Assembly: GCA_024679065.1 (NCBI GenBank)
Contig: JAGIQG010000011.1
Location: forward strand, 57,598,001-57,662,000
Reading direction: 5' to 3'
DNA length: 64,000 nucleotides
From: Sphyrna mokarran
Lineage: Eukaryota
The position numbers were made by a program, and so were the translations under genes. Position 1 is the first letter of the stretch. Each line of letters opens with the position of its first letter. The notes under the pieces were generated by a model that was given only the letters and a program-made list of their open reading frames with translations, was not told the DNA's origin and did not search any database. Of the stretch, positions 36,661 through 50,030 are shown in pieces.

Positions 36661-38015
36661 GCCTACCCAATACCCATTAAACATTCCAGTAAAGTCAAGA
36701 GTTTGTCTTTTCAAGTGGAAATGAATTTTCAACTGTGATCAGTCTTAATGTCTACCAAATAACAACTGTGACACAAATAAATCATTATCCAGTCTCATTA
36801 CATTTTAATTGGTGTTGGAGATGTATATTTGAAAAAAAATTCTTTGTCTCATTATCCCATCTTTCCTTCCCAAGCATTAATTTGCTTCCATGTGGCACTG
36901 AATTAAATATTCTAACTTAAGTTTTGTGTGTCTTAGTAAGGATTCTTCATTCTAATTGGGTGAAGTGATGCACCACACACCTCTGTTCACACGTCTCTCA
37001 GAGCATCAAGCGGAAGGTGCTGAGCTGTTTTAGCTTTCTAATTAACACTGGATGTAGTATTAAGGGCAATGGAAGTGCAAGGAATAGCTAGTGTCATTTG
37101 TTTACTGTTAAGCACAAAATCTGAGCCTACAGCCTCAGGACATGGACAATACAGAGGAGGCCACAGCCTTGTAAAGATTATGGTTGACCTTCTAATGAAA
37201 ATTTTTTTTAGAATTGATAGGTTTGCTCCAACACATGCACCCACATTCCTCCTCCATCACCACCCTTATACTTTCTCTTACATCTCCCCTCCTTCAACCA
37301 CATCCCCCACCCACCACACACACACAAATATTCCCTTCTACTCACCCACTCATTCATTATCAGCAGCAAATGAAGGGGAGGAATGTTCTGAGAATAGCGG
37401 AGCTGCCCCTTGTACTATCTCCACTTACCCACCCAATAGGTATATTGAAAACTGGCTCTGGGAGCAGGTAGAGGGGCTTTGCGGGATTCATTCAGCCCAT
37501 GGGCTACTGTTGCAAGAGCCTGGAGTATACTGTACAGAACCAACAATTTAGAATCTTATAATTTAAGGTACCAAAGGAAGCCACTGATTCTATTTGTGCC
37601 TCTGCCAGCTTATGAAAAATCTATCTACTTAGTCCCAGTCACATCATTGCTCTCAATTCATGAGATTATGTCAGAAAGTCAGCTGCAGCAAATGACTCCA
37701 GCAAGAGCTAAGGTGTGATCGTCTGCAAAGGTGCCCTCGTGGCTTAAGTACCCACAGGTCATTAACTATGAACATCATATCTGATCCGGCATGAGCCTTC
37801 CATTAACTTTCCTGAAGCCACTAGGGGAGCATCTTGTAGGAATAATAGACTGAACCATCCCTTCCCTGGCAGGAAACAAGCAGAGAGCAAGGGGACAGCA
37901 AAAATGAGGCTAATCACTTATTCCCTCGGATTCTTTGCTGCTGCATTGCAACTTTGCAGATGTAATTTCGATTACATCCTCATCATAACATTGAATATTT
38001 TAAAAATACACTTAC

Positions 38016-38163
38016 GGGTAAAGTGGCTGGATGTAGATGGATTCACGCTGTCACCGCTCTCTGCACTCTCACTTTCGGAGATCTCATCATCCGACTCCCT
38101 GATTGAGGAACATGGTGAGGCTCCTTCAACATCTTCAAACTTTCTCTTCAAAATCCCACTCAT
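38016..38163 (-). CDS. CSRNP3: CSRNP3 coding exon 1 (start codon; 49 codons + 1 nt)
   Basis: Translates MSGILKRKFEDVEGASPCSSIRESDDEISESESAESGDSVNPSTSSHFT, matching the vertebrate CSRNP3 N-terminus. ATG has A at -3 with two in-frame TAA stops just upstream. Acceptor ttgttacag lies before 38188; donor C|GTAAGT after 38016 (phase 1). Confidence 0.95.
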
Positions 38164-40399
38164 GATGTTTTCAAATTATTAACAGCAACTGTAACAAAAT
38201 GTATATCAAGTTGAATAACGTTTTATATATAAAAAAACACACTGAACTTAGCACTGGTAATAACTGGAAGATGGGAGGTTCTAGTCGTTATTGAAGAACA
38301 ACTAAAGTGACTTTATACATTTCTCAATTACAAGACAAATTTAACAAGTTTATCTTCAAAGTTAATGATCTGCTCTCAAGCCATCAATTTTTCAGCAATG
38401 TAGCTGGAGCTAGAGTTTGTTAATGTAGGTTTGGGCACACATTGCATGGTATCCTTTATTCTGGTTTCAGATTCCATAATTAGGGAAAACAGCAGGTTAA
38501 ATGCAGAGGTCAGCAGTATGACTGCACCAACTGTGTTCCACTGTTTTCACTCCCTGTGCAAAAAGTTAAAGCTCTTAAAGATGATTAGCACAATAAGCAA
38601 TTATTCCTACAAAAGTCATCTAGTGCTCCAAGGAGAAATGTGTATATCTGTGAGGCCTTGCCATTGTTTATTCCAGAAAGTGCCGATTATTCTCTTGCTG
38701 GTTTCACACTAGCACATACAAAAGCAAAATACTGAGTTTGCTATTTTTATATCACAAAAGCACATATTAGGTTGAATCAATAAAAAAATTACTTTAATTC
38801 TCAGATAATTACGTTTATGATTGGACATATATTTGGATAAGGAGCTGATTTGTGTTCCATACTATACTTAGAAGGGTTGCACTTTAAAAAAAACACCAAC
38901 TTGTACCAGTAATTAAAAGATTATGTCTTCTGCTATTGACTTGGTTTCAAGAAACCTTCTACATATTGCTTACTAAGTAACAAAAGCCGTTCCTGAACTA
39001 ACCTGTTTAAAAGTGCTGGTGTGCTCATAAATCCCAAAATAAGAGGGGGTTGTTCCATGCTTTTCTTGAAGCTAAACATTTTCACTAAATATTTACTTCA
39101 AGCTTCTGGATGTCATTTACACTTTTCAGAATAGAAGTTTTTGATTATACAAACCTATGTTCCTAAAATACACAGCAATTTCATAAAATAACTCAAATGG
39201 ACTAACATCTGGTATTCAAATAATAACCTTTGGAATTACAATAATAAAGGAAGTAATTGAACCAACCGTGTCTGGTTCCAGTTGATCACTCTGCATTGGA
39301 ACTATGTACTCTAATAATTTTACTCAATTCTTTCCAACCTTTAATGCTTTTTTTTTTAAAAAGTACTGCATTCAACTAGCTCTTCTTCAATGTTGAGACA
39401 GAATGGTACAGACCAGCATATCGTGGGTAACAGATGTAGTTCCTTGGGTTTCACAGAGACGTACTCTTTGCAGAGTAAGGATGGTTTGTTTGAGAAATGC
39501 CATTTAACCAAAGAAGCTTTGAAGAACAGTCAAACACCACTGTCTGTGACAATGTTACTACCTTTGTCAGCAACTGAATTTAACCTGAATTTGAGCATCT
39601 TAGGGACCTTTCAACCATCCTCTGGAAGTCAATGGTTTGTTGGCTAGCTATAAGATTGTTGAAGCTTTGCTCTTTCTGTGGACTAGAACAATCTGCACCA
39701 GATGCGGTAAGGTCAGAAAATCATTCTCAATATTTGTAGGCAACTTATACTTTAAAACAGTTTAAAAAATACTTGCTTCACAAGTATACATGACACAATC
39801 TGTGAAGTAGACATTAAATTCTTCTGAAAACAGTCTTAATTCTTAGCACCCGAGGATTTTTGTTTCTTCTTCTTTCTCTACCTAGTGCAACTCTTCCAGC
39901 TTCATGTTAATTTTTCATGAATTTTGTCTTTTCAATTCGAACATGAGTTTCTATCTGCTGTGTTCTATAGTGAACCAGAGTTTCAGCCTGTAATTGTTCT
40001 TTCTCTTATGGACCCTGCAGACCAACTTTGTCTGAGTTTTCAGAGATATTTTAGAAACCTTTCCCATCTTAGAAATTCTTCCCTCCCCGCTCAAAGCCAA
40101 CTTCTGTGGCAATGTGAATTACATGAGCAACGTATCAGTATTGTGTCCAGCTGGAAATATTGATTAATTATCATTGAGAGTCCAATTCTCCTTTGTGCAT
40201 TTAGCTTGAAGACAGTTTGAAGCACAACTGTTTACAAACCAACATGCCCAGCACTTCTCTGGGATTTTGAAGGTTCAGTCTGTCCATTGTCAGAACAGAA
40301 TGTTGCCATTGTCTCAAAATGTGAATATTTAGCACCTTCTTTCCAGTGAAACAGCATAAGCCCTATTTTGTCTCAAACAATCAAACCACTCAGGTAGAC

Positions 40400-41120
40400 T
40401 TTGGAACTTTGGTCATATGATCATCATTTTACTTAAAGGCACAGTCCCAAAACACATGAAACTTATACACTTCACAACCTTAATACTTATAGCTCGAGCT
40501 GCATTCATTCAGATAAGTGGAGATATTCCCGACTTGTTCATTGTGGATACTGGAAATAGCCTTCGGGCAGTACAGAGCTGTGTTACTTGCTACAGAATTT
40601 CCTCTGAAGTCACAGTATTTATATGGTGGTCCACTTCAGGTTCTGTTTAATGGTAACCCCTGGGATGTTGACCGGGATGGTGGATGATTCAATGATGGTA
40701 ATGCCATTGAATGTTCATTTGGGTAGTCAAAAAGTCAACAGCAGACTAGATTGTGGTTGAATAAGATTTTGCTCCTCTGCTGATGGCCCAAGCACTTCAT
40801 GACTACTCACTTTGGGCTGTTGGATCTGTTCAAGTCAATCCCATTTTGCACAGATGACTGTTCCACAATATGATGGAGGACATGAAGATGGGGCTTCATG
40901 AATGATGATCATTTCTACCAATATTATCATGGACAGATGCATACAGATTTATTGCTAAGGGCAAGTTCAACAGGTTTGTCCCTTGTGTTGGTTTGCTCCC
41001 TACCTGTTGCAGGCCCAGTCTGACAGATACTTCCTTCAGGACTCAGCCAGATCTGTCAGTAATAGTGCTGTTGAGTCATTAGTACATCCTGTGCCCTTGC
41101 TCTTTCTCAGCCTGATTGCT
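40400..41120 (-). mobile_element. Second LINE family, endonuclease-region fragment (decayed)
   Basis: gatgcatctgtccatgataatattggtagaaatgatcat on the minus strand parallels 45680-45720. Confidence 0.5.
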
Positions 41121-43654
41121 CCAGTATTGTGACCTTGGATCCTTCTCCAGCAGCACACCAATCACAAGCATGGCATTTTTTCAGTGTCACAGCCTGCAGA
41201 AAGCCCATTAGACTGCCAGAGATCCAGCACTGTCTGAGTGCACCCAAAAGGTATAATTTACAAGTCACAAATGGGCAGAAAGATGGTGAAACAGCCAGTT
41301 CACTTGTTTGCTGGTGCCACTGTAAAGACCTGAACCAAATTAACACCCAGGCCTCATTTATATACTGCAGCTTGTGGACACTGGGAGAACAGGAAACAGA
41401 TTGCTTTTATACTGTGCCAGTCGAGAGGTCAGGCTACATTGGGAATAGTCAGTAATCCTGAATAGGTTGTATCAGGCTGGACATTTTGTGAAGGTCCAGA
41501 AGGAGCAGTAACCTTTCATAGTGAAAAGACTCAAAATGAGCTGTGATTAGTCTAGACTCAATGAGTTGAATGGCCTCCTTCTGTACTGTAGGGATTCTAT
41601 GATTCTATGACCCAAAATGGCTAGAAACATTTGTTTCTAAGGAGCCAACCCAACAGTCCTTTTAACTATACAAGTTAACCTGCCAAAAAATGAAAGTCTA
41701 CAGTACATAGAGCTCTGTTCATTAATATTTTCTCCAAAAACACAAGTTGTATTTTATTGATGAATAATTATTGAATCTTTAGCATTGCATTATTAAAATA
41801 GGTATCCTTCTAGTAGATTGAATTTTGGTAATAAGATGAACCATGATAAATGCATTTGTGTTAGAAAACCATGATGCATTTTGGAAATATAAATAATATG
41901 TATCTTTATTTAAGGTTTAGAACACTGTGAACATGTGTGAGGTAAAGCATTCAGGTATACACACATCTCGGAAGCTATTACTGTCATTATGTTGCAAGCA
42001 TGATTATTGTTACTTGTTTGTATGTTTCTTAATTTATTGCAAGTTATAATCTGTAAATCATTTGAATTTCAAATTGTACTCCCGGTACCAAATAATAAAA
42101 GATTATTTGGATTTTGAGTTTTACAATAGTTCCCAACTGCACCTTTTTAGCTGTTCATAATTTAGTTATGAGAATGTTGACAAGGTTCCTATCAATGGTT
42201 ATTCATTGTGACAACCAGCAATCACAACATTACACAATTATCGTACAGATATATCAAAGGAATCACCCATGAAGGTGGGGGTTATGAAAATGCATTACGA
42301 TACTGGGTGTTACAAAGATTACATAGAGGAAGAAGCAGCAATGCAATTGCATTCAACAGATCACACGGCAACCATGTTATTTTATCCCACCATTCACTAA
42401 TGGAAAACAAAAATGTTAAACAACATTCAGATTTACATTTCAAAACAATTAAAGGAGATTATAATATTTCAAAAATATCACAGCTTCTAGAATACGATTT
42501 TTTGATCAAGCTTTTCTCTAGAGTATTTCTTAAACATAAAACATTGGACTGAGTGTATTATCATATACCTTGGACGTACATTAGTTTTAGAATTAAGTAA
42601 TTACATTTCTTGTGATCAGTACAACATATACTTTTGAACTCATGACTATATTTTCTAAAAGTCAGGTTTTTAAAAAATGTCAACATCTTTAGGGTTCCTG
42701 TCATTGAATTGTTTTGTATTCAAGTTCTTGTTTTGATGAGTTTGTATACATGATGTTAAATTATAAAAATGACACTTAAGACATGACAACAAAAAATAAC
42801 ATCTGTCCCCAAGCTGTTAGCCCTGGTCACTTTAAAAGACTAATTTTTTTAATTGTAATTATTGGCAGTTGTCATCATTGACATTTTGACCACAAGTAAT
42901 TTACCAATTCAATTCTTCTTTTAGAGGGCATTTGTAAGGAAGTGCTTACACAAGATAAAATGCCACAACACATGGCAGAATAGACAATCGTACAGTCTTT
43001 TCCAATTGGGCTGACTGTTCCCAAAACAACGTACATGATGGTGTTGGTGCTGGCAGCCTCACTACCATTACCTGATTTACAATTGGCTAGACAGGACCAA
43101 TTGCTTTTAAAAAAATGGATTTTGAACAGTATCACCAGAGGAATAAGAGGACACTTATTTTTTAAAATCATGCAATTGCTTTAAAACGGAATCATTAAGA
43201 TGAATGAATCCTTTGGGTCTGCTTTATAATCACCAAGTTATTCCCACGATGAATGGCAATTAGTTGTGATCTTGATCACTGTAATTCAAGCAGAAAACTG
43301 CAAAGAACATTTAAAATTCTGCAAGCTACATGATTGTCAGTGTATGCAAAAACTATATTTTACACAGCAAATCCTATTAGTTATAAAGTATGTAAAATAG
43401 TTGTTTTAACACTCCTTATGCAGCAGTTGGACTGTCACTGATTTTGCTTCATGTTGCAGAGGGCAGGTACAAAAATAACTTTTTTCCATCTCAGATTACT
43501 TAATTTGGGGGTTATAATGGGGGTTATAATTACCACATTTTAAAACACAACCTCAGAAGCATGATAAAGATCTCACTTCCCAAATTAGAGGTTAGGTGTC
43601 ATGTTGTGAACTTTTGAATAAAGAATTTAAAAAATAAATTCTAAATGAGAAGGG

Positions 43655-43997
43655 CCGCATAAGTGGCACAGTGGTTAGCACTGCTGCCACATAGCTCCAG
43701 GGATCTGGATTCGATTCCCGGCTTGGGTCACTGTTTGTGTGGAATTTGTACATTCTCCCCCATGTCCCTCTGGGTTTCCTCCAAGTGCTCTGGTTTCTTC
43801 AAAGCAGTCCAGAGATGTACAGATTAGATTGATTGGCCATGATAAATTTCTCCTTAGTGTCCTGGGATGCACAGGTTAGAGGGATTAGCAGAGTAAAATG
43901 TGGGGATAGGGGGATAGAGTTAGGGTAGGATAGCTGTCAGTGTAGGCTCAATGGGCCAAATGGCCTCCTTCTGCACTGTAGGGATTCCATGATTCTT
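43655..43997 (+). mobile_element. HE1/V-SINE-type SINE, tail A, full length
   Basis: gtggcacagtggttagcactgctgcc, B-box-like ggattcgattccc, V-core, gggccaaatggcctccttctgcactgtagggatt. Confidence 0.9.
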
Positions 43998-45109
43998 AGT
44001 GGAGTTCAATTCTCAAATACGTGAGGATAGAATCATTACAGGCCTTTTCATGAAATATTCCTTCAATGACTAAATTTCTCAGTTCTCAGTATTTATTGTA
44101 AAACATTCAAACGCAAATCTTTAGAAAAACAGGTAACTGACCAGACTAATTATTTGGAAAACATTCTCAAGCTAACTTGTTTGAAGTATCTTTCATAATG
44201 GAGTAAACAAAATTGGAACAAGCATTTGCTTTCTGAACAATATAATGGATACTGCAGATGAGTGATCAACATTCACTGTGCAACACATCTGTGGCAAAAT
44301 GCAAGCTCATCAGTCTGCAGATAATGAAAAAAGTGGGGATACATGCAGTAAGTGAAAATAACACAGACAGTGACTCATGGCATTTCTCTTTGCGTTTAGA
44401 TGTCAAAATACAGCAAGAACAGAATCCGTCGAATGAAAATATTTGAAGGTGCAGTATCATTTTTCTAACACCTAATACACACCAGTTGTCTGCTTTCTAC
44501 TGTACTTCGGTTATAGAATTGCTACAAGCTAATTACTGTCAAAATGTTTTAATGCCAGCATAATCTTGGTTATATCTAAATACATTTAAATTGCACTCCG
44601 TGAAGTCCTATTTCTTTCAATAATACTGCATAACAATTACTATAGGTAGAACATAGCACCTGTACTTTCAGTGGTTGGTTGTTCAATACAATCTTTTGCT
44701 TTACCAGATAATGAGCAAACTCATTTTAAAAGATGTACCTTGTGTAACATACATTAATTTAGCAGTACCCGTGTCTCTTCAGATCTGAAACAGTTGTGCT
44801 CGCCAGCGCTGCAAGAGAAATACTAGCACCATATGCTTTCATTGTTTGATGACAACAGCATACTCTACAAAGGCTCATTAGCTTCTGCTGGCTGAATAGT
44901 TCCAGTCTGACTCAGACCTCCTGTGCATTCACATGGGAGGGATATCTGAAGAATTCAGACATGCCAGTGTTTTACTGTCTAGGGAATTTTTTTTTTAAGT
45001 CAGCTGAGGGAAAGGTATGGCCCCATGCCAGACTGACTTCAGCTATTATTGCACCTGAATTAATGGCTTCTTATAATGTATATGAACCTTGGAACAACTC
45101 ACTGGTAGA

Positions 45110-45562
45110 CAGCCTGATGCTTGTATATGAAAGTGGGGGTGTATAAGAGAAGAGGACCATCATCTTACTTTGCTTTTGAAAGAGAAAACTTGGTTATCCA
45201 GTATCATATTTACATCATTTTATTTTATTTCTACTATATTTGCTGGACGGTAATGTGGGCCGATAACCATGGCACCCATCATCCCTTTAAGCAGCTCAAG
45301 AATCAGTTGTTAAGAATAAATTGCCAAATGGTTTGCTGGAGATGTTTCACAGAAGACAAACAAAAATAGGAGTTCGGTAGCATTTTCTCTCACTCATATA
45401 CTCAGGATCAGAATTTTACTGCAATCATTTACTACTTGGTTACAAAATTGCACCTCAGTTTCCGCAGTGGTAGAAACCGCTAGACCAAGCAGGCCTCAAG
45501 CTCAGATTTTGGCACGTGTTGAGTTAGCTGGTAACAAATGGAATTCCTACAATTGGTCTCAA
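45110..45562 (+). repeat. Local direct repeat, copy 1 (453 bp)
   Basis: Aligns end to end with 47346-47769. Confidence 0.95.
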
Positions 45563-45599
45563 TTCTCTTCAACTAAGAGACAAATTGATCAGTTTGCCT

Positions 45600-47345
45600 T
45601 CCAGCTTCTCTACAGTTGGTGGGTGAGCCTGTGGGAAGTTGTGAGGGAATAAAAAAAAATGTTTGACCTCATCCTTGCCAATGCAACCATCTGTGTGGAA
45701 GTACTGCTAGGAGTGAGCACCACAGAGTCTGTGTGGAGGCAAAGTCCTATATTTACCCCGAGGACATCCTGTATCATGGCAATGTCAATGTGCTAAATGG
45801 AATACATCCAGAACAGGATCAGCAGCTAAAGTCCTGATATCCATGAGACACTGTGGGTATCACATCAGCAGAATTCTTTTCAAACACAATCTGCCTTACA
45901 TACCACTGACTCTATCATTACCATCAAGGTAGAGGACCAATCCTAGTTCGATAAGGAGAGTGGAAGAGCATACCAAAAAACAATCCAGGCACACTTAAAA
46001 CTGAAGCAAAGTGGTGAAGGTACGAATGACGTGCATACTGAACATAAGAAGTATTTGATAGGCAGACCTAACTGATCCCATTACCAATAAATGTGACCAA
46101 ACCTCTGCAGCCTTGCTACAACCTGTCAGGAATGGGGGTGAACTATTAAACAATACCAGGAGAAAGCTCCAAAAGCATCCCAATTCTGAAAGATGATGGT
46201 GCACAGCCCAACACATTAGTGCAAAAGACAAGATTATAGCCTTTGCATCCATCTTCAGCCAGAAGAACCACATAGATAATCCATCTTGGCCTCCACCCGA
46301 GGCCCCCAGCATTACAAATGCTGGTCTTCAAACACTTCAGTTCCCCCTATGTAGTATCATGAAAAGGCTAAAGGCACTGGATATTGCAAAGGCAATGAGC
46401 CAAGAAAACATCTCAGCTGTAATGCTGAAGAATTGTGCTCCAGATCTAGCCATTTGCTTAGAGCTGTTCCAGTACAGCCACAACACTGGCATCTACCTGA
46501 CAACATACACAATTGCAAAGCACGTTTTGTCTACAATATTCAGGGCAAATTTAATCCAGCTAATTGCTGCCAAAACCAAACTAATCTTCATCATCAACAA
46601 ATTGACGCAATGTGTTCTTGTCAATGCTGAAAAGCGACAATCATTCAGCAAAAACTCTTTACTGATGCTCAATTTGGGTTTTGCCAGAACCACTCAGCTC
46701 CAAACCTTCCTACAACCTTGATTAAAACATGGACAAAGGAGCTGAACTCAGAGGGTGAACTGGGAGTGATTACTCCTGACATCAAGGCCGCATTTAACCA
46801 CGTGTGAAATCAAGGAAGTCAGTGGGAATCAACACTGAGTATCATTCACAACTTCTCAGATATGGAAGTCACCACGCCTGCCCACAGCAAGACACTGACA
46901 TTATTTAGGCTTGGTTTGAAAAGTGGCAATTGACATTTGTGCCACACAAGTGCCAGTCAATGATCAGCTCCAACAAGAGAGAATCTAACAATTTTTTTAA
47001 CACATAATAGCATTATCATTGTTAAATTCCCCACCATCAACATCCTAGGGGGTTTCCATTGACCAACAAGTTAACTGGGCTAGCCATACAAATAACACGG
47101 TTTCAAGAGCAGATCAGATGCTAAGAATTCTGCAGCGACAACTCACCTCCTGACACCCCAAAGCCTGTCCAACCTCTACAAGGCACAAGTCAGGATTATG
47201 ATGAACTATTCTCCACTTGCTTGGATGCTTGCAGCTTCAACAACATTCAACAAAATTTACATCACTGAAGACCCAGTAGCTTAATGATTAGCATTCCACC
47301 TACCACCATTAAACAGTCACTCTCTCCATCGCCAATGCACAGAGG
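45600..47345 (+). mobile_element. Second LINE family, EN-RT body (3' end resumes at 47885-48020)
   Basis: ORF 46359-46721 KRLKALDIAKAM..NISAV.LKNCAPDLA..LFQYS; later DIKAAFNHV and YKAQVRIMMNYSPLAWM motifs. Confidence 0.85.
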
Positions 47346-47769
47346 CAGCCTGATGCTTGTATATGAAAGTGGCGGTGTATAAGAGAAGAGGACCACCATC
47401 TTACTTTGCTTTTGAGAGAGAAAACTTGGTTATCTGCTTTCATATTTACATCATTTTATTTTATGGTAATATGGGCCAATAACCATTATCCTTTTAAGCA
47501 GCTCAGGAATCAGTTGTTAAGAATAAATTGCCAAATGGTTTCCTGGAGATGTTTCACAGAAGACAAACAAAAATAGGAGTTCAGTGGCGTTTTCTCTCAC
47601 TCATATACTCAGGATCAGAATTTTACTGCAATCATTTACTATTTGGTTACAAAACTGCACCTGAGTTTCCTCACTGGTAGAAACCATTAGACCAAGCAGG
47701 CCTCAAGCTCAGATTTTGGCATATATTGAGTTAGCTGGTAACAAATGGAATTCCTACAATTGGTCTCAA
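47346..47769 (+). repeat. Local direct repeat, copy 2 (424 bp), followed directly by a SINE tail-B fragment (47770-47885)
   Basis: Same sequence as 45110-45562 with scattered substitutions and two short deletions. Confidence 0.95.
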
Positions 47770-49049
47770 CTGTGGTTAGGTACATTGACCCAAACAGATA
47801 CTGCAGTGTGGCAACTATGGAAATTTCTCAGTAACTTCATTGTTCTGTTAACGTCAGCCTTACTTGTGACTAATAAATAAACTGTAGTTGTATCAAAATC
47901 CTGAAATTCCCTTTTGAACTGAATTGTGTATACCTAAACCACATGGATTGCAGCAGTTAAAGAAGGTGCATCACCATCATCTTCTCAAAGACAATTACAT
48001 TGGGTCAAGAAATGTTCATCCCAAGGTATATATATATAAACATAAACTTAAAAGTGAAAAATCAGGTTTGAGTGTGATGTCTCTGTGAGTAAATAGCCTC
48101 ATAACACTCACTGTTGAGACTCACAAATGAAGAATAACCATTTGGGCAAGGTTTCAATGCTACCCACCTCCTAGTATCGCAACAAGCTCAGAAGACGAGG
48201 AAGGGCAAAAATTAACAAAAAAATTTCTCCAGATGCACTTACAGAAAGCCCTACGGTTCTTTTGCCTACTTAGTTATGCTTGAAGCTGATGAAATCAAGA
48301 ATGTGCATAATAAGTGAATAATTAGCATACTGTAGCCTTCACCAGAAGATCTATGAGATCACTTTCAGAATTTAATTTAAACACTGCAAAATTATTCTTG
48401 TGCACCTAAGAATAACTGTAAGGCCTAGTTTCTGCAGTACATGCTTCATATATAACATGTATTTGAAGCAAATTAGTCAAACATTCATGCTAAGGTTTTA
48501 TTAAGCATGCAATGACTTTAAAGTATTTTTTAACTTGCACTTATTCAGGTCAATAAAATGAACACAAGCGTGCTGCTTTGTATTTTTGTGAATGAGAGCA
48601 ATTTCAATTTAATTTTTGAAAGAATTCTTAATCTAGTAATAAATTAAAAAGATTGCTTATGGTGTACAGTGTCACACTTCTCCCAATATCTATCCTCCGA
48701 CATCTTTGTCTCAGACTTGATCCAATTATAAATCTGTTAAATTGTGCTAGAAATTTGAGCTCTCTCCACTCAGCAGAAAGGAGGGGGATGATAGTTAAAA
48801 TGGAGCAGCTCTTGTTTCTCCACAGTTTATAGCAATTGCTGATAGTAATGCCACTGGCTTGACAGTGGTTGAAACACCCAGCAGATGAAGACAGGCACAT
48901 CGCAAATGGATGTCAATGGAACTCCAATTCTATTTAACCTATGCTTAGTAGTTATGTTCCTCTGCCTTTCTCACAGGGTAAAACTAGTTCAACTACTGAC
49001 AAGACTCTCCCAAGGCAAGTTTAAAACCTTCCTTCTTGGGAAAGAAAAG

Positions 49050-49551
49050 GGCGGCGTGGTGGCACAGTAGTTAGCACTGCTGTCTCATAGCGCCAAAGAC
49101 CGAGGTTCATTTCTGGCCTCGGGTCATTGTCTGTGTAGAGTTTGCACATTTTCCCCGCGTCTGCCTGGGTTTCCCCTGGGTGCTCCTTTCCTCCCACAGT
49201 CCAAAGATAGAAATGTAGAAGTTAGAAGCAGGAAAAGGCCATTTGGCCTTTCAAGCCTGCTCAGCCACTCATTATGATCATGACTGATCATCCAACTCAA
49301 AAGCTTATTCCTGCTTTCTCCCCATAACGTTTGATCCCATTCGCCCCATTTGTTATATCCAATCAGCTCTTGGATACCTCACCCAGATGTGTGGGTTAGG
49401 GTATTGGGCATGCTAAATTGACCCTAGGGTCAGGGGGATTAGTAGGCTAAATGTGTGGGATTATAGGAATAGGGCCCAGGTGGGATTGTGGTCGGTACAG
49501 GTTCAATGGACCAAATGGCCTCCTTCTGTACTATAGGATTCTATGATTCTA
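49050..49551 (+). mobile_element. V-SINE-type SINE, tail A, with an inverted CR1 tail inserted at ~49209-49385
   Basis: The SINE breaks at ccaaagat and resumes at agatgtgtgggttagg; the insert resembles 28115-28335. Confidence 0.88.
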
Positions 49552-49839
49552 CAAGAGCAGTCTTGCTCCTCCAAAACACAAAGAGAATTGCAGCCTTCCT
49601 GAAATTGACTGAAGTCACTTCCCTTTCAAGATATGCTCCAAAACCTGCCCTGTGACTTGCCTGCTTATATCCCAGTTGCTCTCTCCAGCCACATGAACTT
49701 GTGTTACTGTATGTCAGCCATCACTGCCTCTTTATGCATTATTTTGTGCCTAGACAGCTGATGGACTGACTGCATGCAGATGTGATCAGTGAGTTAAAAT
49801 ACAGGGTCCTCAACTTTAGGCATGCAAGCGTGCCCTGCA

Positions 49840-50030
49840 CTCATTTTATTCTTTGAAAGGGATTTGAACACTACTGGAAAGATCATTCAAGATGTTTTCT
49901 TGAACCTCTGCAGATCACCTGATAAGGACGCACCCACAGCATTGTTAGGAAGGGAATTCCAGGAATTTGATAGTGAAGGAACAATGATATATTTCCAAGT
50001 CAGGAGGAATGAGATTTGAGGAGGAACTGT
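49840..50030 (-). mobile_element. Second LINE family, 3' end fragment
   Basis: gaagggaattccaggaattt..gaaggaacaatgatatatttccaagtcagg matches 22845-22910. Confidence 0.7.

Noticed and set aside
37817-37832. CTCF-like motif CCACTAGGGGAGC
   Set aside because: One base short of the core spacing; poor match.
39400-40320. Possible ancient hAT transposase remnant (minus strand FCSDNG and IH.IA.KLAL-like patches)
   Set aside because: Needs frameshifts and the motif spacing looks too long. Not supportable without a translated search.
45110-47769. LTR retrotransposon (direct repeats flanking RT sequence)
   Set aside because: No TG...CA ends, PBS or PPT. The internal sequence is a non-LTR LINE that continues beyond the second repeat.
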